Shown: in pieces, positions 35,831-44,963 of the stretch
Numbering within the stretch: the first letter of the stretch is position 1
Layout: the number at the start of each line of letters is the position of its first letter
Source of the DNA: Octopus bimaculoides
Lineage: Eukaryota
NCBI RefSeq assembly: GCF_001194135.2
Contig: NC_068981.1
Location: forward strand, 182,653,505 to 182,698,467
Direction: 5' to 3'
DNA length: 44,963 nt
Translations under genes and position numbers: made by a program
The notes under the pieces: model-generated
Told to the model about the DNA's origin: nothing
What the model saw: the letters and a program-made list of their open reading frames with translations, nothing else
The model's database searches: none

Positions 35831-36421
35831 ATTTCTTCTCTTTAACTAACTGCATGGTACTTAAATATATTGGAAAGAAAGCCACTCGTGAAGATCATGA
35901 AGAAGCTATAGAGAATATTTTATGCTGAGTTTTTCTTTTTATTTAGTCGAGTTTCGTTAATTTTATATGTGCAATTTTTCCCTGAGCCTCTTTCATATGA
36001 CCTAGATATTTATAAATTTTTGTTGCATTTCTGATCTTTTCTGATGTCTAGGGATGGATATCGATGTGTGTGAGTCTGTTCTCAAATGTGATTCTGGAGA
36101 ACTGAAACGACAAATTTACCTTATTTTGCTCCTGCTAAATTTGTCTTTATAGGCTCAAAGAGAACGGCGATAATTTTCTGAGATAGTGTTCGGATCATGT
36201 TATAATATTTTTATTACATTTAGAAACGGTCATTTGCTTAGCTCATATAATTTTTGTAACGTAGTGAACATCTGTAAAAAATATTTTTTTGTCTCAAAGT
36301 CAAAAATGCAGTAAAAACTCCTCAATGTGTCCCGCTCCCCCAAAAGATAGACAGGTGAGGGTGTCACAAGTAGGTTTATTAGTTTGACGCTCGGGAAAAA
36401 TGGAAAAGTCTGTGATGTTTA

Positions 36422-36423
<2 letters not shown>

Positions 36424-36484
<61 letters not shown>

Positions 36485-36488
36485 AATT
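36424..36488. repeat. (TA)n(TAA)n microsatellite
   Basis: Direct reading. Confidence 0.95.
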
Positions 36489-36545
36489 TAGACATATAAG
36501 TATAAGTCGACATTAAAAATCTGTAGTGAGACGTTTTTTATCGAT

Positions 36546-36590
36546 GTACCTGATGAGACCCAAACTAATGGGTCGAAACATATGTTGTAC
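36546..36590 (+). ncRNA. Minimal type I hammerhead ribozyme (Penelope-like element type)
   Basis: GTAC-CTGATGA-GACCC(AAACTAAT)GGGTC-GAAA-C(ATAT)G-T-T-GTAC. All core nucleotides are intact, helix II is 5 bp, helix I is 4 bp, helix III is the palindrome ACATATGT, and AATAAA follows at 36593. Confidence 0.8.
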
Positions 36591-38581
36591 CCAATAAAGA
36601 TTTAATTCTGAATCCATCTGTCAATATTTTATACACACATACACATACATACGGACAATGAGTATATCGGGATAAATAATCCAGGCGGATACCATAAGAA
36701 CTCTCGAACATAGTCCGGGTTCTGGATAAACGCATGTAGTAAGAAACATCAAAGATTGCTATGGGTGAGGAATCCCACTGTAATTCTGATGGGTAAATTC
36801 GGGTTTTAATTATGCTGTATAATTAACTGTTAAAATGAAAGAAAAATTTGAAGATGTACCAGTCCTCCATATTGTAATTGTTTTGGATATAGGATATATA
36901 TATATAGAGAGAGAGAGAGGGAGAGAGAGTGGATCTCCGACATTCGACTATGGTCCTGTGGGAGCATTCTACCGACACGTTTGCCCTTAACGTTGTTTTC
37001 TGGCAGAATCGGCGTGACATAGTCTATGACGAGGCTGTATATTTGAATTACAAATACAATCCAGCCGACGAGGCTTTATAAATTTCTGTCTACTCAGTTT
37101 TAATCAACCAAAGTCTATCGAAAACTTTTACCAAGATTCCATGCACTGGGATAAAACCCCTGACCTCTTAAGTGAGGAATGAACTCAACCATTCCGCCAA
37201 ACTCCACCTATACGCACGAACACACGTTTGAGTGTGTGTATGTGTCCGTAAAAAGAAAATATCGGTGTGTATATATTTTTATTCTAATAGTTTTAGTTGT
37301 AGGACTGGCCATGCTGTAGCACCGCCTTAACATGGGTATATAAATGGCTCATTATATGTTATACACACCGGTATTATATAGGCGTGCGTGGTGTATGTGT
37401 GTACACGCACGCCTTTCAGATTGCCCTCCCCTGGACTTTAATAAAACTTCTCGAAAAAACGCATATTTCTAAGTGAAATTTTACAGAGGTCATTTTTGTG
37501 AGGGTACGTTACGATTATAAAATTTTAAAAAAATTAATGAGTGTTGGATTATTCTCCTCCATTTCAACTTTGTTTCCTTATAACTCTAAAATGACATTTT
37601 GCAGAAATACATTTTCAGATGTCTAGATCACATTGGTGTTGATGTTTCAAATATATAAATTTGGAAAACAAGTGAAAAATGCCTAAGTTCAGAAATTCGT
37701 GATAACGAAGTCGAAGCAGGAGAGGAGTAAACGATGAGAAACGTTATCTTTTTCTTTTCTTTTTTTTTTTTAGTTCCTTAATTTTATTTACATGCCGTAT
37801 TTGATGGCTTAAACACACAGGCATATCATATGCACCACAATTTCAGCAATGCATATACGGGAAAGAAAACCTTTAGTACATTAAAACTCATGAGAGACTC
37901 AACTTTGCATGTAGGACCTGGAATGATTTTGAGATATTTGGTGGGTGGTGGAAATAACGCGCCTTAGATGCCATACAATATGGTAAATGTAAACAATCCT
38001 CTCGAAAACAGTAAACAGTTTGTTAAACAAGTAATTAATGCTGAAAGTACTTGAGTAAAAGCATAGGGCTTTTGGTAAACAACAAATGGTTTCTGTGTAC
38101 ACAAACGATACTGTAGGTACGATTTGTGATGCTACATGGTTATCAGACATGGACATTGAATTCTTTTTTAAGATCTGTAGAGATAAAGGAATCCGGTTTA
38201 ATTCATTGAATGTGCGATATTAATCAGCAGAGAAGGAGTTGGACAAGAAAACAAAGAAAGTGGTTTAGAATTAATAACATCAACTAATGTTTGTAAGAAA
38301 ATAGCAGCATCGAAATTTGATGAAAGCAGACGATTGCAGGATATAAAAGTGACAGAGAACGACTCAGAAAAGATTAAATCAAATCTCTCAGACAAAATGA
38401 CTCAAGATCAAGTGGGATGATTATATATCATACTACAGATCCAATACCCTCGGAGACACAAATGCTAAAAATTGTTTCTGATGATTGAAGTGAGCCTTAT
38501 TGGTTTGTTAGGACAGTATTCAAAATGTTCACTTCATCTGGTATAAGACAGTCAAGCTGCTGAAGCCCACACCCTCTTAAA

Positions 38582-38690
38582 CCTTACTGTAAATAACAGT
38601 GGGGTAAGGACACAAACTTGGTGAACTTGACCTGTACACTAAGATTCTCACTGAACTCATTGTTTGCTAAAACCTTGTTTTCAGCTCCCT
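38582..38690 (-). mobile_element. RTE reverse-transcriptase core fragment
   Basis: NNEFSENLSVQV / VHQVCVLTPLLFTV resembles the RTE motif EEF.V.VGVHQGSVLSPLLF, with a frameshift. Confidence 0.65.
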
Positions 38691-38759
38691 CATCTCCTAG
38701 AGAAGGAACTTGGAATACAAACTGACTTGAACTATAATGAACTGTCCAAGCCACACACC

Positions 38760-39255
38760 ACTGGGGTGCATTTACATGCCACCAGCACAGATGCACTTGG
38801 CTTGACAAGTCCTCTCAAGCACAGCACATTACCAAAGGTCTCAGTCATTGCCTCTGTGAGGCTCAAAGTTCAGAGATCATGCTTCACCATCTCATCCCAT
38901 GTCTTTTTGGGTCTACCCTACCACAGGTTCCCTCCACAGTTAGAGACCAGCACTCCTTTACACAGCTATCCTCGTCAATATGCATCACACAACCATACCA
39001 GCACAGTCATCTCTCTTGCACACCACATCTGATTCCTCTTATGTCTAACTTTTCTCTCAAGATGCCTACACTCTGTCGAACATGCACACTGACATTGCAC
39101 ATCCAGTGAAGCATACTGGCTTCATTACTTTCAGACATACGCATGTCCTCAGCGGTCATAGCCCATGTTCCACTGCCATGCAGCGTAACTGTTCGCACAC
39201 AGGCATCAAACAATCTGCCTTTCACTCTGAGAGAGAGGCCCTTTGTTGCCATCAG
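38760..39255 (-). mobile_element. RTE LINE C-terminal fragment
   Basis: TKGLSLRVKGRLFDACVRTVTLHGSGTWAM..EDMR...NEASMLHWMCNV...LREKLDIRGIRCGVQER...GRPKKTWDEMVKHDL. Confidence 0.9.
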
Positions 39256-39261
39256 GAATCA

Positions 39262-39553
39262 CTGGCGAAAGGATTAAAATTCCCTGTGGTGTAGTATACA
39301 GCTTAGTCACCCATGTAGTTAATCAGGTTATTCAGGAAGACACCATCCCCAATGACTGGTGTAGTAGTATTATAGTTAGCTGCTACAAGGGTAAAGGTGA
39401 TGCCTTAGATAGAAACAACTACAGAGGTATTAAATTGCTAGACCAAATGCCAAAGTGGAGAGAAGAGCTTGGCACAGTCCTCTGGCTAGCTAGCTCCTGT
39501 CAAACTGTCCAACCCATGCCAGCATAGAAAATGGACGTTAAATGATGATGATG
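39262..39553 (+). mobile_element. RTE RT N-terminal fragment fused to an RTE-type tail
   Basis: IPNDWCSSIIVSCYKGKGDALDRNNYRGIKLLDQ, then ccaacccatgccagcatag...aatgatgatgat. Confidence 0.85.
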
Positions 39554-40285
39554 ATTGTGTGTATGTGTATAATGAATGTCTGTAACATATGTATGTACCC
39601 AAGACTTTAGACTGCATCTGATAATAGGATTCTGGTTTGAAAATTCCAGGGTTTTGAGGAGTTTGGAACCACCTCTTAGCCACTGTTGTTTCTAGGTCTG
39701 CTTTACCCAGATTAGTCGTACCGATCAGGATTCCAGCTATAGGTTAACCAGCACCTGTAGATGACAATTAACCTGAAGGCATGGACATTGAAGTAGCCTT
39801 GGTTGGTGTTAGAGCATGCAGTAAAACCACTGACAGTGAAGAATCCTTCGCTTTTGTTACAGCATTTTTTTATTAGAAGAACACTGGTTTCATGTGATTA
39901 CTCGTCATCTTGCTATGACTTGTCACTAGGTACCAATCACAGAGTCACAGGAAATGGTACTCATGTTGTACAAGCATTCATCACTATAATCCAATGACAT
40001 ACAGATGTCTCTTCCATCTTCTGAAAATCCTATGGCAATGGAAAAGTGGTGACATGCAGACCTTACCAGCTTGAAATGCACAGTAAATTACAACTTCCAT
40101 TTTTTACCTATGCTCCAAACCATGCAATGAAGCTAAAACCTGAATAGTTATCTGAAAGGTCATGGGAGGAAAGTCAAAAATGCTATTGACAATCAGGAAG
40201 CACAAGGAGATAACAGTCATCTGCAAAATAGAGCAATCACCATATATATATATATTTTTTATATATGTGTGTGTGTGTATGCATG

Positions 40286-40316
<31 letters not shown>

Positions 40317-40334
40317 TTCTATTTTTGTGTAGGT

Positions 40335-40590
40335 AGCACGTAAAAAACATCATTTTGAATGTAGCTGTTGCCAGTACCACCTGACTGGCCCTCATGCTGG
40401 TGGCGCATAAAAGCACCCACTACACTCTCGGAGTGGTTGGCGTTAGGAAGGGCATCCAGCTGTAGAAACTCTGCCAGATTGGAGCCTGGTGCAGCCATCC
40501 GGTTCAGGTGCAGGCTTGGTGCAAACCTCAGTCAAATCGTCCAACCCATGCTAGCGAACGTTAAATGATGACAATGATGATGATGATGAT
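40335..40590 (+). mobile_element. RTE-type 3' tail element
   Basis: cactacactctcggagtggttggcgttaggaagggcatccagctg...(atg)n. Confidence 0.85.
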
Positions 40591-40741
40591 ATATATATAT
40601 ATATATATGTATATATTGTTAGCAATATTTAGCAGAGGTAACAGAGTGACTCAAGGTCCAAGACTTTTGTGTGTTGGCATATACACTCATATTTTTGAGT
40701 TCTATTTTTCCTGTTTGCATCATCATACCTATATATAGTAT

Positions 40742-40791
<50 letters not shown>

Positions 40792-40864
40792 ATATATAAT
40801 CACATGATCACATGATTGACCAGACTGTTAGAAGATGTTGTACATCACTGCTCACAATGATGCA

Positions 40865-41110
40865 CTTTGCATTGTTTCAGCTTCCGAATGATGCCACCCC
40901 ACTGGCTAGGCAAGCAGGCCAACATTCCCTTCTGATCAGAAGAAGGCAATTCCATTGCAGGGTGTACCCATTTACAGCTGAGTAGACTGGAGCAACGAGA
41001 AGTGAAGTGTTTTGTTCAAGAGCACAATATGTTGCTCGATCCAGGAATTGAACCTACAATTGCTAGATTGTGAGCACAACACCCTAACCACTAGGCCATG
41101 TGCCTTCACA
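40865..41110 (-). mobile_element. tRNA-derived SINE (family F type)
   Basis: Reverse complement: ccctaaccactaggccatg (A box), ggaattgaacc (B box), aagtgttttgttcaagagcaca. Confidence 0.75.
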
Positions 41111-41130
41111 TGTGTGTGTGTGTGTGTGTA

Positions 41131-41581
41131 NNNNNNNNNNNNNNNNNNNNNNNNNNNNNNNNNNNNNNNNNNNNNNNNNNNNNNNNNNNNNNNNNNNNNN
41201 NNNNNNNNNNNNNNNNNNNNNNNNNNNNNNNNNNNNNNNNNNNNNNNNNNNNNNNNNNNNNNNNNNNNNNNNNNNNNNNNNNNNNNNNNNNNNNNNNNNN
41301 NNNNNNNNNNNNNNNNNNNNNNNNNNNNNNNNNNNNNNNNNNNNNNNNNNNNNNNNNNNNNNNNNNNNNNNNNNNNNNNNNNNNNNNNNNNNNNNNNNNN
41401 NNNNNNNNNNNNNNNNNNNNNNNNNNNNNNNNNNNNNNNNNNNNNNNNNNNNNNNNNNNNNNNNNNNNNNNNNNNNNNNNNNNNNNNNNNNNNNNNNNNN
41501 NNNNNNNNNNNNNNNNNNNNNNNNNNNNNNNNNNNNNNNNNNNNNNNNNNNNNNNNNNNNNNNNNNNNNNNNNNNNNNNNN
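41131..41581. other. Assembly gap
   Basis: Run of N. Confidence 1.
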
Positions 41582-42481
41582 ATATATAAATAAATATTTC
41601 TACCCCCACGAGTTGTTTGCATTCAGGTGAATATGACATTACAGGTTGAATTGTTTTCTCAATACACAACTCTACCTAGATTATAAATTGTCAACAGGTA
41701 AACCCTTCTTTTAAGTGATAAATATCTTATCAATTTACTCAAAGTTAACTTTCATTACAATTGTTTCATAAATGATTACGTGAAGTGTATCAGTAGCAGA
41801 AAAACGATATTTAAAATATATTTAATGCACTCGCCTTTTACAAACATCAACAGCCGATGTTGATAAAGTTCACAGAGTACAAATAGGTGTACCCAATATA
41901 TTTATTACCTCATCTAAAACAGCTATGACTGAGTACATTCAAATGGTCTAGATGATCAATGCAATACAAATACAAATATCAAGTGTTGTTTGTTGGAATA
42001 ATATATTGATATTTTTATGTACCAACTGCTCATACAGAGGTTTCTAAAAATATAAGTTTCTGACCTCGAATGGAAAGCTTAGAGAACATCCAACATGATG
42101 CATAACAGGTTTGGGTGTTGTCATTATATTTTATAAATTCAAATTCTATTGGGTTCAACTTTGCGTCTCATTGTTTTGGAGTTTGTAAAATAAATATCAG
42201 TAAAATACTTTGGGCTGATTCAGTCGACTTAACATACCACTTCTTTTTTTTTTAATTGGCTTAGTGCTTGGTGAAAATAAATCAATATCAGCTGTAGAGT
42301 TACTGTAAAAAGCTAGAGATTAGAAGTGATTGCTTTTTCTACTCATACAATTTAGGAAAATACAATAGCCTATAAACTATCTGAAGAGATAATGGCATAA
42401 TATGTCATGATAACACTGGTTTATGGAAGTTGTTTATTTTCCTGGTTGCTTTCATAATTCACAGTTACTAATGTCATATAA

Positions 42482-42790
42482 ATGGAGGCACATAGCCTAG
42501 TGGTTAGAGCAGCGGACTTGCAGTCGAGGGATTGCGGGTTCGAATCTCATCCCGGGCGATGTGTGTGTTTATGTGAAAAACACCTAGGCTCTATACAGCC
42601 CTGGCAGAAGGTAATGGCAAACTTCTGCTGACTCTTTCGCCTCAACTTTCTCTCACTCTTTCCCCCTGCATCTAGCAGCTCACCTGCGACAGACTGGCAT
42701 CCCATCCAGGTGGGGAACCTATACATCAATGACATCAGGAAACCGGCCCTTATGAGCCAGGCATAGCTGAAGAAAGAACGAACAGCAACG
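42482..42790 (+). mobile_element. tRNA-derived SINE with a family A-like head and a different 3' body
   Basis: tagcctagtggttagagcagcggact...gggttcgaatc; shares aactttctctcactct with family A, then diverges. Confidence 0.8.
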
Positions 42791-42825
42791 ATGTTATATA
42801 ATCCTCCTCCTCCTCCACCACCACC

Positions 42826-42857
<32 letters not shown>

Positions 42858-42858
42858 T

Positions 42859-43157
42859 NNNNNNNNNNNNNNNNNNNNNNNNNNNNNNNNNNNNNNNNNN
42901 NNNNNNNNNNNNNNNNNNNNNNNNNNNNNNNNNNNNNNNNNNNNNNNNNNNNNNNNNNNNNNNNNNNNNNNNNNNNNNNNNNNNNNNNNNNNNNNNNNNN
43001 NNNNNNNNNNNNNNNNNNNNNNNNNNNNNNNNNNNNNNNNNNNNNNNNNNNNNNNNNNNNNNNNNNNNNNNNNNNNNNNNNNNNNNNNNNNNNNNNNNNN
43101 NNNNNNNNNNNNNNNNNNNNNNNNNNNNNNNNNNNNNNNNNNNNNNNNNNNNNNNNN
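42859..43157. other. Assembly gap flanked by (CCT/CCA/CAT)n
   Basis: Run of N. Confidence 1.
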
Positions 43158-43337
43158 ATTGATGCTAAAGAGGTTATCATGTCCTTGGCAGCACATGACT
43201 TCAGGGTCCTCTCAAACTTATATTTTTCCTGCTCATTTGGCAAGCACTTTACTGCGCAGATTGTGTGCAATTAATCATGGCACCTACACTAGTGAGGTTA
43301 CTTTGTATCCTGCAAGACAAAAGAAGAAATAAGGGTA

Positions 43338-43372
<35 letters not shown>

Positions 43373-43374
43373 CA

Positions 43375-43512
43375 CCATCATCATCATCATTTGAAGTGCA
43401 TGTTCTATGCTGGCATTGGTTGAATGGTTTGGCAAGATCCAATGGTTCTGAAGACAACATTGAACTCCAGTGTCTGCTTTGATATGATTTCTATGGCTGG
43501 ATTCCCTTCCTA
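43375..43512 (-). mobile_element. RTE-type tail fragment
   Basis: catcatcat...ctatgctggcattggttg...ggctggattcccttcc. Confidence 0.6.
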
Positions 43513-43664
43513 TGGTTTGAGGTGAAAAACAAAAACATGCAAATCATTTTGATCAAGCACAAGTTCATTTTGAACTGTGATTTGCTGTTCATATTTTCTT
43601 ATGCTATTCCACCTTGAATGTATTTCTTTTATATATTTGTATGTGTTAGTACCCCTATTTTTAT

Positions 43665-44020
43665 CTTTTATCTTTTACCTGTTTCAGTCTTTAGACTGTG
43701 GCCACGTTACGTTGGTGACTTTTAATCAAATGAAATCAAATTTATTTTCCTAAGTCTAATACTTATTCTATCAGTCTCTTTTTGCTGAACAGCTAAATTA
43801 CATAAGCATAAACACATCTCCATCAGTTGTTAAGCAATAGTGGTGGTGGTGGTGGTGGGCAATCACAGACACACACACACACACTTACTATGGGTTTCTG
43901 TCTACCAAATCCACTCATAAGGCTTTGGTTGGCCTGAGGCTATAGTAACAGACACTTATCTTATCCAGGTTTCCAGAGTGAGACTAAAGCCAGCACCATA
44001 TGGTCAGGAAGCAAAATTGT
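43665..44020 (-). mobile_element. SINE family B
   Basis: tctaccaaatccactcataaggctttggttggcctgaggctatag and the reverse-complement tail. Confidence 0.75.
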
Positions 44021-44511
44021 TATCTCAAAATATAAGTACTAGTGCAAAGTTTAAATATTTTGTTTCTAAGAAAAATCATAACATCTCTAATCACCCCCTC
44101 ACCCCATTGTGTTCCTTTGACATTTGGTGTCCACTTGTGAGCTCACAAACCCTCTCCCTCCCATAAGGAGGTGTGATCCAGGCTAAGAATGTTGGGTTAT
44201 ACAGAAGGACAATAATAAACACAGGCAAACCTCAACTTATGCCGTTTTAAGTTACATCTTTTTCAACTGCAAATTATTTAAATTTTTTTCTGTTAGGATT
44301 AACGAGAAAAAATAAACCTCAACTTTCATTGTTTTATTCGACTTACGTCATTCTCAGCAAACATATTAAAAACATTAAGATTTTTAAAAACCCCACCAAA
44401 TACCCAATACCGAAGTGGAACTATGGCTGTATTTAGAGGCATTAGTTTACCCTTGTACTGTTTCAATCAATTCTCTGCTCTTACTAGAACAGTTATTAAT
44501 ATAGAGTAACA

Positions 44512-44733
44512 TCAAGGCAGTGAGCTGGCAGAAACATGAGCACATTGAGTAAAATGCTTCGTATCATTTCATCCATCTTTACATTCTGAGTTCCATTTCC
44601 ACCAAGGTTGACTTTGCCTTTCATCCTTTCGGGGTTGATAAAACAAGTACCAGTTGAACACTGGGGTTGATGCAATCGGCTTAAACCCACCTCTAAAAAG
44701 GCTGGTTTTGCACCAAAGTTTGAAACCAATATA
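44512..44733 (+). mobile_element. SINE family C
   Basis: gagctggcagaa...gactttgcctttcatcctttcggggttgataaaacaagtaccag. Confidence 0.85.
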
Positions 44734-44963
44734 AAGTACCATTTATCTAAAAGCAATTTACTGTAGAGTTGTTTCAATAATAATTTACTCAATATATTAA
44801 TAAAGCTGTTTTTTTTCTCCCCTCGTCTCATTTGAGAATTTACATTAGAATGAGTAACATACTTGATTGAATAAAGGTGTGGCCTAAGAAGAAAATTAAG
44901 AAACCTATTGTTGATTGATTGACATAGATATAAACCTGCTACAACATGTTCAAACAGGACTGT

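Noticed and set aside
39950-40230. Possible additional LINE RT remnant (LPFFTYAPNHAMK)
   Set aside because: Similarity too weak to support without a profile search.
17023-40590. Recurrent near-identical segments as a CRISPR-like array
   Set aside because: They are dispersed retroposon tails in a eukaryotic genome, with no regular repeat-spacer period.
8223-43270. Long ORFs rich in X, ER, HT or poly-M/P
   Set aside because: Artefacts of N gaps and microsatellites.

Overview
Eukaryotic, AT-rich, repeat-dense draft-assembly DNA with five N gaps. The SINE/MITE repertoire looks like octopus (cephalopod); that is inference from repeat recognition. The only host gene I can support is the 5' part of the Polycomb gene SUZ12 on the minus strand. 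It has three coding exons (31759-31507, 22569-22523, 2525-2461) with canonical GT-AG sites that splice in frame to ...[49 protein letters not shown]. Exon 4 was not found and probably lies left of the window. The ~9 kb and ~20 kb introns are filled with tRNA-derived SINEs, RTE and RLE LINE fragments, piggyBac/mariner/hAT MITEs, long foldback elements and a multiply interrupted hAT transposase fossil. The most notable non-coding signal is a structurally complete minimal type I hammerhead ribozyme (36546-36590) of the Penelope-like kind, about 4.8 kb upstream of the SUZ12 start codon. The first 16 bases are Illumina adapter. Most repeat boundaries are approximate (tens of bp) unless termini or TSDs are quoted.
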